Assembly (NCBI GenBank): GCA_051251915.1
Contig: JBPOGF010000015.1
Span: 50,951-114,950 of the forward strand
Origin: Akkermansiaceae bacterium
GTDB lineage: Bacteria > Verrucomicrobiota > Verrucomicrobiia > Verrucomicrobiales > Akkermansiaceae
Reading direction: 5' to 3'
Length of the DNA stretch: 64,000 nt
Within the stretch, counting starts at the first letter, position 1, and the number at the start of each line of letters is the position of its first letter. A model generated the notes under the pieces. The model was not told the origin of the DNA. It saw only the letters and a program-made list of their open reading frames with translations, and ran no database searches. The position numbers and the translations under genes are program-made. Below are positions 30,119 through 40,799 of this stretch, in pieces.

Positions 30119-30880
30119 TTGCAAAAAAAACAAGATACTTGGATCACTCGACTAGTGGAGCGCAATCCTCCATTCTTCTGGTGGTCACTAGCTATCATGC
30201 TGTGCTTTTGTCTCGCTGCTTTTAGCTGGATGAAAATCCCACCCATTTTCGCGAATCCTCAAGACCCCAATAATTACAAACTGTTGGATAAAATCAACCG
30301 GTTGGACCCCATCAAAGCATTCAGCGCGCTTGATCCACCTGAAGGCGATATCGCTAACACAGAGAACCTCTATTCTAAGTTCGGCTCCCTCAATGCAAAA
30401 GAACTTGAGTTATTGAATGAAAACCTCATCAAAAACTACGTCACTAATTACAAACAACAAACTCTGAACACTTATATCCAAGGTGATTTCAGAGTGATCA
30501 AGACCCGTGTTCTTACCCAGAATGATCGATTCCAAAATGGGATAGCCATCAAGGTCGAAGCCATGGTCAAAATGAATAAATTCACCAACTCACAAGCATT
30601 CCCTGTTTGGGTAGAGATTATCCTCCCAAATGCTCCAGCAAGCGCCGCAGAGAATATAGCTCAAGGTGATCTGTTAGAGATTAACAAGAACCCATTTTTC
30701 GCCTCGGTGCTCTATGTTCAGCGGATTGAACGAACGGATAATGATCACATTATGAGTTTCACAGTCATCCCTCTTGTTTATGAATCCCCGTGGAACCCAC
30801 CCCGTGATAAAGAGAAATTTAATATTTCCCCACCTAAGAAACTCAACATGGACGCCCACTTGCCCATCTTTAAACTCTAA
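30119..30880 (+). CDS. Hypothetical protein with one N-terminal TM helix
   Basis: Long ORF between the iscA-like gene and xth; TTG start uncertain. Confidence 0.65.
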   Translation: MQKKQDTWITRLVERNPPFFWWSLAIMLCFCLAAFSWMKIPPIFANPQDPNNYKLLDKINRLDPIKAFSALDPPEGDIANTENLYSKFGSLNAKELELLNENLIKNYVTNYKQQTLNTYIQGDFRVIKTRVLTQNDRFQNGIAIKVEAMVKMNKFTNSQAFPVWVEIILPNAPASAAENIAQGDLLEINKNPFFASVLYVQRIERTDNDHIMSFTVIPLVYESPWNPPRDKEKFNISPPKKLNMDAHLPIFKL

Positions 30881-30892
30881 CATTTTTTAATT

Positions 30893-31651
30893 ATGAAACT
30901 CATCTCATGGAATGTGAACGGCATCAGAGCTGTTCTTAAAAAAGGCTTTGCGGAATGGTTCGCAGAAGAAAAACCTGATGTACTTTGCCTTCAGGAGACT
31001 AAAGCAAAACCTGAACAAGTAGAACTCCCCCTTGAATTTGCCGGTTACCACCAGTACTGGAACTCAGCAGTAAAGCCAGGCTACTCAGGCACTCTTATCC
31101 TCACCAAAGAAAAACCACTTAACGTGGTTAATGGTATTGGCATCGATGAGCACGACAACGAAGGTCGAGTCATCACAGCAGAATATCCAGATTATTTCCT
31201 CGTTACAGTCTACACCCCAAATGCGCAAAACGGTCTAGCTAGGCTTGATTACCGCTTAAGTTGGGACAGAGACTTCCTTGCATTCGTCAAGGACTTAGAG
31301 AAGTCTAAACCAGTGATATTCTGTGGTGACCTCAACGTAGCTCACCAAGAAATTGACCTAGCCAGACCTAAAGGCAACCACAAGAACCCTGGATTTTCAC
31401 CACAAGAACGTGCGTCATTTGATAATATTATCGCCTCTGAATTCACTGATACATTCCGTCATTTCTCCCCTGACACAACCGAGGCATACAGCTGGTGGAG
31501 CTACCGTGCTGGTGCCCGTGTCAGAAATGTAGGATGGCGGATTGATTACTTCTGCGTTTCTAACAGCCTCACACCCTCACTAAATAAAGCGTGGATACTT
31601 CCAGAAGTAATGGGGTCCGACCACTGCCCTGTAGCCATAGAAATAAACTAA
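30893..31651 (+). CDS. xth: Exodeoxyribonuclease III / AP endonuclease
   Basis: [34 protein letters not shown]. Confidence 0.97.
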   Translation: MKLISWNVNGIRAVLKKGFAEWFAEEKPDVLCLQETKAKPEQVELPLEFAGYHQYWNSAVKPGYSGTLILTKEKPLNVVNGIGIDEHDNEGRVITAEYPDYFLVTVYTPNAQNGLARLDYRLSWDRDFLAFVKDLEKSKPVIFCGDLNVAHQEIDLARPKGNHKNPGFSPQERASFDNIIASEFTDTFRHFSPDTTEAYSWWSYRAGARVRNVGWRIDYFCVSNSLTPSLNKAWILPEVMGSDHCPVAIEIN

Positions 31652-31665
31652 CACTCTCATTTATT

Positions 31666-32202
31666 ATGCCTAAGATTCCTGAAGAATTTCACTCCCTTGA
31701 AACTGACGAAACATTCAAGAAGTGTTGCGACTGTGGTTGCGAACTATTGGACTCTGCACAAATGTACATGGTTCAAAAGTGCTTTACTAAAGACGAGTGC
31801 GTGATGGAGTTCGCCCTCTGTCACACCTGCAAAGAAAAGCTAGATGAACAGATCTCTGGCCAATCAAAAGAAGCGATCTATGATTTCCTATTCGACCATG
31901 CTGAAATGGTGGAACCACCAGAAGACTATTCGCATGATGATGCCATGGAGCAGATCGAAGAATGTCTGACTTGTGGAAAAAAACGTAATGATTGTGATGG
32001 CTACACCTACTCAGGATTATTTGTAGGCACACACCTCATACCCGGACCATTGCCCATGATGATCTGTGATGACTGCCAAGACACAATGTCTGAAAACATG
32101 TCTGATCACACCAGAGATGTGAAAGATAAATTCTACGCAGAAAACTTCCCAGGCCCACCCAGCGAGGTGAAACTACCAAATTCTAAACCGGTATTCTTCT
32201 AG
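31666..32202 (+). CDS. Hypothetical acidic Cys-rich protein with four CxxC motifs
   Basis: CCDC, CHTC, CLTC, CDDC; ATG 14 nt after the xth stop. Confidence 0.75.
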   Translation: MPKIPEEFHSLETDETFKKCCDCGCELLDSAQMYMVQKCFTKDECVMEFALCHTCKEKLDEQISGQSKEAIYDFLFDHAEMVEPPEDYSHDDAMEQIEECLTCGKKRNDCDGYTYSGLFVGTHLIPGPLPMMICDDCQDTMSENMSDHTRDVKDKFYAENFPGPPSEVKLPNSKPVFF

Positions 32203-32918
32203 CGTTGCAAGATCTCAGCTATTTCCTCAAGCGTGATCAACTTCTCTAAGATCGCCTCCCTCCCCATCGTCTTCAAATCCATAGCAGGTATCGAATTGCT
32301 AAGGTCAAATTTCCCTGACCTAGTCCTTCTGAGCGCTGATAAATGAGCTCCACAACCCAAGTATTCTCCTATATCAAAAGCGTAAGTTCTCACGTAAAAA
32401 CCTTTAGAACAATGGACTGTGAAATCAACTTCAGGAAGAGTAACCTGATGAACCTTATTCTCGGTGATCTTAACCGGACGAGGTGCACGCTCTACCACTT
32501 TACCCTGTCTCGCTAACTTATAGAGTCTCACTCCATCCTTTTTGATAGCTGAAACCATCGGCGGAATTTGCTCAAAATCCCCAATATATTTATCAAAGGC
32601 TGTTTGAATTTCATCCGTTGTGAAATCTGGCACCGTCTTCTCTTCCACCACGTCACCTTCTGCATCTTGCGAATCAGTTGTGACACCCAATGTCAAAGTC
32701 CCGTCATATACCTTATCATCAGACATAAGCATATCCTGTAGCTTGGTCGCTTTATTGATCAACAGCATCAGCACACCAGTGGCCATAGGATCCAGCGTCC
32801 CGCAATGACCTATTTTTTTAATCTTAAGGGCGCCTCGGGCGATGGCTACGACATCATGAGATGTCATGTCCTGAGCCTTGTCTATAATGAGCAAGCCGCT
32901 AGGTATTTCTGGTTGCAT
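32199..32918 (-). CDS. truB: tRNA pseudouridine(55) synthase
   Basis: GHCGTLDPMATGVL, QIPPMVSA, CSKGFYVRT. Confidence 0.96.
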   Translation of the reverse strand: MQPEIPSGLLIIDKAQDMTSHDVVAIARGALKIKKIGHCGTLDPMATGVLMLLINKATKLQDMLMSDDKVYDGTLTLGVTTDSQDAEGDVVEEKTVPDFTTDEIQTAFDKYIGDFEQIPPMVSAIKKDGVRLYKLARQGKVVERAPRPVKITENKVHQVTLPEVDFTVHCSKGFYVRTYAFDIGEYLGCGAHLSALRRTRSGKFDLSNSIPAMDLKTMGREAILEKLITLEEIAEILQR

Positions 32919-32925
32919 GATGATT

Positions 32926-33894
32926 TTAAGAAAGGTGTTTAGATACTTCACTGATCACAGCACTGCGAGCTTCAGCGATCGGCCCAGCCATTCTGATACC
33001 AGCCGCTTTTGCATGACCTCCTCCACCGAAAACCTGTGCTATTTCACAAGCATCCAGAGAGCCGACCTTAGAACGAATACTTACCCGAATCGAATCATCC
33101 ATCAATTCTTCAAAAAACAGCGCTACATTAACGCCCTGAATACTACGAATCATATCGATCAAGCCCTCGCTGTCATCAGGTTGCAAATTGAGCTCACGTT
33201 TAACTGATTTCAAAAGTTGCCAATCTGCAAGTTCTCCATTCGGTGATAGCTCCAATGTATTCAGTAGAGCTCTTGTCAAGGCAACCCTACGATAAGGAAA
33301 ACTGTCGTAAGTTAGCTCATTGATTTTGCCAATATTTAATCCCTGCTTCACAAGATCAGCAGCCATTTCATAAGTAGTAGCAGTGGTCCCAGAATACTGA
33401 AATGAACCAGTATCAGTAGAAACCGCAACATAGATTGAATCACGGGCTTCATCTGTGAGAGTAAGCCCACTCTCAGTGATCATCTGATAAAGGATCTGAC
33501 CAGTGGCTGGTGAATTTGAATCAATATAATTTAAGTCCCCATAGGCCGGATTGGATTTATGATGATCAATATTGATCCACAGTTTTGCTTTTGCTACCAT
33601 TTTAAGTGCATTTTCACCAAGTCTCGGTTTATTTGCACAGTCTACTGCTATAGCTACATCCACGTCTAAAACCTCATTAGTTGGCGATATCACTTTATCC
33701 GATCCAGGCAGAAAAGCGAGGCTCTCAGGGACTCCATCTTCATTGATATAAACCACATCTTTACCCATAGTCTCCAATGTTGACCCCAAAGCGATAGTAG
33801 AGCCTATAGCATCACCATCTGGTCTAATGTGACTAAGTATAGCGAATCGCTGGTGCTGGCTAATAGCCGCAATAATTTCTTTAAAAGTATTCAT
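32926..33894 (-). CDS. nrnA: DHH/DHHA1 oligoribonuclease / PAP phosphatase
   Basis: HIRPDGDA, IDHH, DTGSF, GGGGHAKAAG. Confidence 0.9.
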   Translation of the reverse strand: MNTFKEIIAAISQHQRFAILSHIRPDGDAIGSTIALGSTLETMGKDVVYINEDGVPESLAFLPGSDKVISPTNEVLDVDVAIAVDCANKPRLGENALKMVAKAKLWINIDHHKSNPAYGDLNYIDSNSPATGQILYQMITESGLTLTDEARDSIYVAVSTDTGSFQYSGTTATTYEMAADLVKQGLNIGKINELTYDSFPYRRVALTRALLNTLELSPNGELADWQLLKSVKRELNLQPDDSEGLIDMIRSIQGVNVALFFEELMDDSIRVSIRSKVGSLDACEIAQVFGGGGHAKAAGIRMAGPIAEARSAVISEVSKHLS

Positions 33895-33910
33895 AAAATT
33901 TACTTATTAA

Positions 33911-35335
33911 TTAAGTTCTGTCCTCTGCTAAGGCTTGGACTTTCGCTTCTACAGCTTCCTTGATAATGATCTCATTTTCAGCCTCGTTCTTTTTGCTCTC
34001 CTTGCTGATCGCTACAGCAATCCAGCGGAAATCAGAACTATTATCCATGGCCACTTTCAGCAGCATAGTGAGCGGAACAGCCATAAGCATACCAATTGGC
34101 CCCCAGAGCCATCCCCAGAATAGCACGGAAAGAATGACAACTACAGTGGAAATCCCAAACCTTCTCCCTAATAAAGTAGGCTCAAGGAAGTTGCCTAGGA
34201 AGCCATTAATAATGAGATATCCACCACCTATAATCGCAGCGTCCGGCAAGCTGCCATTATTCAAGAGCGATAATAATACAGGTGGAATTCCAGCTATCAC
34301 GGACCCTACCGCTGGTATAAAATTGAGCGCAAACGCTAGGATACCCCAAAGCAGAGGGAACTCTAACCCCATCTGCCAACAAAGAATTCCCGCCAATAAC
34401 CCAGTAGCCATACTTATCAGAGTTTTAATCCCGAGGTATTTCTGGATATCTTTAGTAGCACTAAGCATGCGCTGCAGATTCGGTCCTTGAGCTTCACAAA
34501 TAGCATTAAACCTGCGGCCAAACATCCGAGCTTCACTGAGCATGAACACAGTTAGCAGCATAATCACAAATGACGTGCCAATAATCGAAAGTAAATGTCT
34601 CAAAGCATCCCTGATCCAATCCAAAATATTTTTTCGGCTAAGCATATCCTTGAATAACTCACCTAGCTGCTCGATTCCCTTCCCCGGTTTGACTTCTTTA
34701 GTCGCAACCACTGGAGCCGATGACACGCCACTCGACTGGTCATCCAGAGATTCACCCTTATCCGCATCTCCTCCCTCTACAGGAAGAACTGGAGTTCCTT
34801 CATTTCTCGAAATCTCCGCAGGAGCATCTTCTGGAATGATAGCTACGCCATCTTTGGCCGGCTCATCTGCGTCTTCAACAACAGAATCGACACCAGTAGT
34901 CTCATCCAGAGACTCCTCAGGCACTTCCTTTCCCTTGAGCCCCCACTTCTCATAAAACTCCGTCGTGAACTCAATAAGTTGGTCAGTTCGTTGCTCAGTG
35001 AGTGCTTGGTACTTAGATTCCCACTTACTCTGAAACTCAGTAGTCAAAACAATACCAAGAAAAACAACCCCTGTGAGGAATGCGAAATCAACAATCACCG
35101 TGATTAAGACAGCAAAAGCACGAGGTACCTTGTGCTCTCTGAGCCAATTAGTGATAGGAAAACTGATCGTCGCGATGAAGAATGCTAACAAAATAGGCAA
35201 AATGAAGTCCGCCGCATATCTCATACCAGCAATAACAATTACCAAAGCCGCTAAGATTAATATGATCTTAGACCCTTCAGCTGATTTTGCTGATTTCGCA
35301 GATTTCTCTACTACTCTGTCTGACTTCAGTTTCAT
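33911..35335 (-). CDS. AI-2E family transporter with acidic insertion
   Basis: LNFIPAVGS, LEPTLLG, FWGWLWGPIGMLMAVP. Confidence 0.9.
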   Translation of the reverse strand: MKLKSDRVVEKSAKSAKSAEGSKIILILAALVIVIAGMRYAADFILPILLAFFIATISFPITNWLREHKVPRAFAVLITVIVDFAFLTGVVFLGIVLTTEFQSKWESKYQALTEQRTDQLIEFTTEFYEKWGLKGKEVPEESLDETTGVDSVVEDADEPAKDGVAIIPEDAPAEISRNEGTPVLPVEGGDADKGESLDDQSSGVSSAPVVATKEVKPGKGIEQLGELFKDMLSRKNILDWIRDALRHLLSIIGTSFVIMLLTVFMLSEARMFGRRFNAICEAQGPNLQRMLSATKDIQKYLGIKTLISMATGLLAGILCWQMGLEFPLLWGILAFALNFIPAVGSVIAGIPPVLLSLLNNGSLPDAAIIGGGYLIINGFLGNFLEPTLLGRRFGISTVVVILSVLFWGWLWGPIGMLMAVPLTMLLKVAMDNSSDFRWIAVAISKESKKNEAENEIIIKEAVEAKVQALAEDRT

Positions 35336-35423
35336 TATACTTGCTTATCGAGTGAGCGACACTTGCCCGACTCACCACACCTTACATTGATCGCCTAATA
35401 ATACAAACAATCGTTCACCTCAA

Positions 35424-36134
35424 TTAGGCGATGTTGGTAAATACTGACTGCACATCTGCATCATCTTCCAGCTTATCAATCATCTCCTCGATTTCTTCTA
35501 GTTGAACATCCGTAAATTCCGCCGAGTTGTTAGCTATTCTCTCCAGTCTAGCCGTTGTAACCTCTAGCCCCAAGTCTTCACAAGCCTTAGAAAGGGTGCC
35601 AAAACTAGTGAACTCACCGTAAGCCACAACTTCGTCCCCATCAGTGTCAAGCTCCTCAAGACCATGATCAATCAATGCCAACTCCACTTCTTCAAGATCC
35701 ACTTCTTCCGTCTTTTTAAATGCAACCACTGCCTTGCGTGTGAACATAAACTCTAGTCCCCCACTATTCATCAGCGCGCCACCAGATTTATTAAAAATTG
35801 TTCTAATCTTAGAAAATGTGCGTGTATTATTATCAGTTGCGCACTCAACCCAAAGCAGCACACCATGTGGCCCCTTCCCTTCATAGTTCACTTCCGCAAA
35901 GCTCTCTGAATCCTTAGCCGTAGCACGTTCGATCGCCTTGGAAATATTATCCTTCGGCATGTTCTCGTTTTTTGCAGTAGTAATTGCCGCTCGTAACTTA
36001 GCGTTGGATTCGGGATCATCTCCCCCCTCTTTCGCTGCCATCGTGATTGCTGTCGCTAGCTTGGGAAAGAGTTTAGACATCTTGTCCCAACGTTTCTCTT
36101 TCGCTCCTCTTCTTATTTCAAATGCTCTGCCCAT
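35424..36134 (-). CDS. YebC/PmpR family protein
   Basis: GGDDPESNAKLR, NMPKDNI, YEGKGPHG, TDNNTRT, DVQSVFTN. Confidence 0.95.
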   Translation of the reverse strand: MGRAFEIRRGAKEKRWDKMSKLFPKLATAITMAAKEGGDDPESNAKLRAAITTAKNENMPKDNISKAIERATAKDSESFAEVNYEGKGPHGVLLWVECATDNNTRTFSKIRTIFNKSGGALMNSGGLEFMFTRKAVVAFKKTEEVDLEEVELALIDHGLEELDTDGDEVVAYGEFTSFGTLSKACEDLGLEVTTARLERIANNSAEFTDVQLEEIEEMIDKLEDDADVQSVFTNIA

Positions 36135-36218
36135 AGTATGTATTGATTAATAAACTAATCTACGCACCCACACTGGTGAATATCAAGAACCGATATTGCC
36201 TTAATCAGCATTATCCCA

Positions 36219-37691
36219 CTACATCGCATCGAACGCCTCATTGAGGCGCGTGATCAGATCCTGCCTACCCTCAGTACCCACTGATAGACGAATCAAATTA
36301 CGCGAAACGCCACAGCTTTCAGCCCACTCAAGTTCATCATAGTGAGCAAGCATCGTATAAGGACACGCTAGCGAAAACTCAGTGCCAAAACTAGGCCCTT
36401 TTGACACACGTAAAATATCGAAAAACTTCGTTACCTTCTTATCATTCTTAAGCGTGAATGAAAGCAAGCCGCCATAACCACCATGCTCGGTCTTCACATC
36501 TTCATAGAAATCTTTAGTTTCAATTGATGGATACCAAACCTGTTGCACCGCATCATGCTCTTGTAGAAAATCAACAATGCTTTGCGCTGTAGAATTCACC
36601 GGCTTCATACGTTCGAAGAACCCCTTAGATCCTTCATCAAGAACCACCGCATCTTGAGCATAGAGTCTTGACTGGCTTTCACCACAGTCATCATCAAAGA
36701 ACGCCTTGAAATCCCCGTAGAAGTTAGAACGCTTCACTAACTGCACCGCACCAGCCATCACATTCCCCGAACCTGCAATCCATTTTGTCAGGCTAGATGT
36801 CACAATATCCGCATATGGTTTCACATCGACATTGAAAGCACTACAAACTGTATCATCGATCACCAACGGAACATTCCCAGCATCACAAGCAGCACGCACT
36901 TTACTCAAATCAATCATGCGCAACAGTGGATTACTAGGCACTTCACAAAATACCGCTGAGAACTCACCTAGGCGAATCCTGTTAAGCGCTTCATCGAATA
37001 ATTCACCTTCTGAAACTGGAAGAAATACAGCACCAGTACCAAAATTATTTTGCACCTTTAGAACATCCACATACGGGAAATCTAATTGGAGAGATTTCTT
37101 ACTAGGCGCAAGCTTCCTTAACACCCTATGCACTGCAAAAACCGCAGACATCCCACTCTCATAGAGATAAACGTCGCCCTCATCATAACTTCCGATCTCT
37201 TCTAACCTCCTTAATAAATCACCAGAATCATATTTCCACAAACCATCAGAATCCAACACGTCCAACGCCTGTCTACTTGAAACCACCTCACCAGAATAAC
37301 GCCAGTACTCCATACCAACAGCATACTGAGCCACTGGCAGAATAAGTGCCTGCAAACCTTCGTAACTTGCTATCCTAAGAGCAGCACCAGTCCGTTGCTC
37401 CACAAACCTCAATGCCCGCTGAGCCACGTCCTTATTAGGAAAAACGATCACCTTTTCACCTTCAACTGCCACATCCTGTTCACACTCTTGGAACAATCTA
37501 TGTAACGCCGGGTGAATAAAAAATCGAGGGTAGCCACACTGTAATTTAGAAATTACTTTATCTCGTCCCTCTTCGTAACCGATGACTGAATCCCATGTAG
37601 GTAAGCACACTGATACAGCATGTCTATCGTCAGGGATAGGCACACCAAGATCTGCTTCATTACAGGCTGGATCTGAGACTAGATTACGCAC
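36219..37691 (-). CDS. PLP-dependent Cys/Met metabolism enzyme, cystathionine gamma-synthase-like
   Basis: SGMSA, SNPLL, DDT, SLTKW (PLP Lys), KGPSFGT, LIRLSVG; GTG start. Confidence 0.85.
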   Translation of the reverse strand: MRNLVSDPACNEADLGVPIPDDRHAVSVCLPTWDSVIGYEEGRDKVISKLQCGYPRFFIHPALHRLFQECEQDVAVEGEKVIVFPNKDVAQRALRFVEQRTGAALRIASYEGLQALILPVAQYAVGMEYWRYSGEVVSSRQALDVLDSDGLWKYDSGDLLRRLEEIGSYDEGDVYLYESGMSAVFAVHRVLRKLAPSKKSLQLDFPYVDVLKVQNNFGTGAVFLPVSEGELFDEALNRIRLGEFSAVFCEVPSNPLLRMIDLSKVRAACDAGNVPLVIDDTVCSAFNVDVKPYADIVTSSLTKWIAGSGNVMAGAVQLVKRSNFYGDFKAFFDDDCGESQSRLYAQDAVVLDEGSKGFFERMKPVNSTAQSIVDFLQEHDAVQQVWYPSIETKDFYEDVKTEHGGYGGLLSFTLKNDKKVTKFFDILRVSKGPSFGTEFSLACPYTMLAHYDELEWAESCGVSRNLIRLSVGTEGRQDLITRLNEAFDAM

Positions 37692-37858
37692 GGCGGAAAT
37701 ACATAGTCATCTGATCAATATATGCAAGCTCGATATTTCGCGAATGCTGGGATTTCCCGATAGGAAATTTTATCCCACAAATTTCACGATTCACCTTCAC
37801 AGCCACCCACAATCATGCTAGGTAGTTTCCAGCAATCACTGATCAACATTTCTAAATT

Positions 37859-38620
37859 ATGGCAAATCTTAATCTAACTCTCAAAGTCTGGCGCCAAGCT
37901 AATGCTAATGACAAAGGCACCATTCAAACTTACGATGCGAAAGCAATCCCTCAAGAAGCTTCATTTCTTGAAATGCTAGACATCGTTAACGAGAGAATCA
38001 TCGCGGACGGCGCAGACCCTATCCATTTCGACCACGACTGCCGTGAAGGTATCTGTGGTACATGCTCACTGACCATCAACGGTGTCCCACACAGCAAAGA
38101 AACCGGCATTACTACATGCCAACTTCACATGCGTAAATTCAACGACGGCGAGACCATCTGGATCGAGCCATTCCGCGCCAAAGCATTCCCGGTGATCAAG
38201 GATCTCATCGTAGATCGTGACGCATTTGACCGCATCATGGCAGCAGGTGGATACATTGACGTCCGCACTGGCTCAGCTCCAGACGCTAACTCCATGCCTA
38301 TCGACAAGAAAATTGCTGACGAAGCATTTGATGCAGCAGCGTGTATCGGTTGTGGCGCATGTGTTGCAGCATGCAAAAATGGCAGCGCAATGCTCTTTGT
38401 CTCTGCTAAAGCAGCTCACCTCAATAAACTACCTCAAGGACAACCAGAGAAAAACAAGCGCACACTTGCCATGGTCAGACAAATGGATGACGAAGGATTC
38501 GGCAACTGCACTAACCAATACGAATGCGAAGCCGTCTGCCCTAAAGAGATCAGCGCAGACAATATAGCTAAACTCAACAGGGACTTCGCCATCGCTGCCG
38601 CCAGAGAAGCTCTTGCATAA
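37859..38620 (+). CDS. sdhB: Succinate dehydrogenase/fumarate reductase Fe-S subunit
   Basis: [31 protein letters not shown]. Confidence 0.95.
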   Translation: MANLNLTLKVWRQANANDKGTIQTYDAKAIPQEASFLEMLDIVNERIIADGADPIHFDHDCREGICGTCSLTINGVPHSKETGITTCQLHMRKFNDGETIWIEPFRAKAFPVIKDLIVDRDAFDRIMAAGGYIDVRTGSAPDANSMPIDKKIADEAFDAAACIGCGACVAACKNGSAMLFVSAKAAHLNKLPQGQPEKNKRTLAMVRQMDDEGFGNCTNQYECEAVCPKEISADNIAKLNRDFAIAAAREALA

Positions 38621-38649
38621 ATCACATCACATTTAGCACAACATTTTTC

Positions 38650-38678
38650 AAAGCTCAGGTTAACCCCTGAGCTTTTTT
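38650..38678 (+). terminator. Intrinsic terminator after sdhB
   Basis: aaagctcagg...cctgagcttt plus T tract. Confidence 0.85.
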
Positions 38679-39222
38679 ATGCCATTTAAGAAAGCGGCGC
38701 GACATAGCAAGCCCCTAGAAAACGAACAGGAGCGAGAGCATAGTGATGCGTGCTTCATCACTGAGCAACTACGCAGTTAGAAATAAAAAACACTCCTCAC
38801 TCTTCTAAAGGTTAAACACTATCTAAATTTCTTTGTTGTATTCTTGAGCGCTATAATAACCCATGTTCCAACTATGCCCCCTCAAGTAGTATTATACCTC
38901 CAACTCCAACAATAAATAAAAGGTAAAAAGCAAAACGTAATCGCCTATTCTCCAGTCAGGCTTCGCTCAACGCCAGCGGGATAGCATAGCAGCCCTCCAG
39001 GTGCAGCAAAACATTGCATGACATCTTCTCTATACTCCACTTGCCTCACCAACCTAATGATTGAATTATGTTACAGATTCCCTCCTAACTCATAGTATTC
39101 AATGGTGGAACAGACTGAAAGATATCATCTTTTTTACTTTTAGAGCTAAGATTGTTCTGCTGTAATGCGTTAGTTATTTAATACGATCAAATTCTGATTA
39201 AAAATACCCATATACACACACT

Positions 39223-40686
39223 ATGAGCCTTCACGCACAACTATCACCCGAAGCCCAAGCTAAGCTCAATGCTCAGAAGAGAAATTCCACCATCTCTTCC
39301 ATCATTATAGCTCTCCTTGTTTGCGCCCTTCTTGTAGCGATTCTTTTTTATATCGCTCTCTCTCCACTCTTTAAAAACACTGAAGAAATGGTCACCTATG
39401 CATCAGGATCTGAAGCTGAAGAGAAAATTGTCAAACCTGAGATGAATAATGAAGTGGAGAAAAAGCCATCATCTCCATCATCAAGCATGGCAAAAGTCAT
39501 CGCAGCCAACACACCATCACCCACAGCAGTTCCAGTTCCAGATCAAGTAGTCACAGAGCCGTCACTTGACTTTGGTGACGGAGATGACTTCGGTGACGGC
39601 TGGGGAAGCGGCAGCGGAAATGGAGCCGGTGGAGGAGGTGCCGGATTCGGCATCCCTGCTTCCATGAAAAAACGTTGCTCTGCTAAAGACCGTATCGAAC
39701 GACTACTTAAAGAAGGTGGACAAGAAGACTACGAAGATAAAGTAGTCGCGTCCCTCAGATGGCTTAAGAAAACTCAACAAAAGGATGGCTCATGGAATGC
39801 CCAGGGCAAACCAGTAGCCATGACAGGCCTAGCTCTACTCGCCTACCTTGGCCACTGTGAAACTCCAGCATCATCAGAATTTGGTGAGACCGTCCAGAAT
39901 GCCATCATGTATCTCATCAGCGTCAGTCAGAAAAATGGAGGCAAACTCGCTTCCAGCACTGCGGACAAGCACTGGTGCTACGAGCACTCCATCGCCACCT
40001 ATGCCATGGCTGAAGCCTACACTCTCTGCAAAGAATTTAAAATCCCAATACCTAACCTAGAAGAAACTGTGAAAGCTGCAGGCGACTTCATCATCGGCAG
40101 CCAACACGAAAGTGGCGGCTGGGATTACGCCTATGATACATCTGGCAAGCGTGGTGGTGACACGTCCATCGCCTGCTGGCACCTACAAGCAGTCAAAGCA
40201 TGCAAGACAACTAAAATTGATTTTAACGGCCTAGAAAAATGCGCAAGAATTGGGATCGAGTATCTTGACGGCGCCAAAAACGGCAAAGGAACTATCGGCT
40301 ACAACACCAACGGCAAAAACCTCAAGCATGGTCCCACAATGACCCCAGGTGGAGCACTCTGTTTCCAGCAATGGGGTAAAGGCAATCGCTCATTCACTCG
40401 TAATGCAATCATATGGATCACAGAAAATAGCGAATTCGACTACAAAACAGAAGCCAACCTCTACATGCACTACTACTCCAGCCAAGCCATGATTAACGCC
40501 GGTGGCTCTGCATGGAAAGACTACAACAAAAAAGTCATGATTAACCTCGCTGACAACCAAAGTGCTGACGGCTCATGGGCTGTCCCTGGTGGCGCTAGAA
40601 ACCAAATGTCATCCGCTCACTATGCGACCTGTTTATCTACCCTCATGATGGAAGTTTACTACAGATTCTTACCAAGTTCTGAGTAA
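39223..40686 (+). CDS. Membrane-anchored prenyltransferase/squalene-cyclase (QW)-repeat barrel protein
   Basis: N-terminal TM, Pro/Gly linker, QQKDGSW, QHESGGW, QSADGSW repeats, LMMEVYYRFLP end. Confidence 0.85.
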   Translation: MSLHAQLSPEAQAKLNAQKRNSTISSIIIALLVCALLVAILFYIALSPLFKNTEEMVTYASGSEAEEKIVKPEMNNEVEKKPSSPSSSMAKVIAANTPSPTAVPVPDQVVTEPSLDFGDGDDFGDGWGSGSGNGAGGGGAGFGIPASMKKRCSAKDRIERLLKEGGQEDYEDKVVASLRWLKKTQQKDGSWNAQGKPVAMTGLALLAYLGHCETPASSEFGETVQNAIMYLISVSQKNGGKLASSTADKHWCYEHSIATYAMAEAYTLCKEFKIPIPNLEETVKAAGDFIIGSQHESGGWDYAYDTSGKRGGDTSIACWHLQAVKACKTTKIDFNGLEKCARIGIEYLDGAKNGKGTIGYNTNGKNLKHGPTMTPGGALCFQQWGKGNRSFTRNAIIWITENSEFDYKTEANLYMHYYSSQAMINAGGSAWKDYNKKVMINLADNQSADGSWAVPGGARNQMSSAHYATCLSTLMMEVYYRFLPSSE

Positions 40687-40709
40687 TTACACCCCTTTAT
40701 AAATAGTTC

Positions 40710-40743
40710 AAAAGAGAGCGGTTTACCTCCCCTCTCTTTTTTT
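40710..40743 (+). terminator. Intrinsic terminator
   Basis: aaaagagag...ctctctttt plus T tract. Confidence 0.7.
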
Positions 40744-40799
40744 ATGTCTAGACTTCATGCTTTATTGACTTTTTGTTCATTTCCACACATACCAATTAC

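Noticed and set aside
39223..40686. Squalene-hopene cyclase or terpene cluster
   Set aside because: Single barrel with a TM anchor, no DxDD motif and no isoprenoid genes nearby; fits the common PVC QW-repeat membrane proteins.
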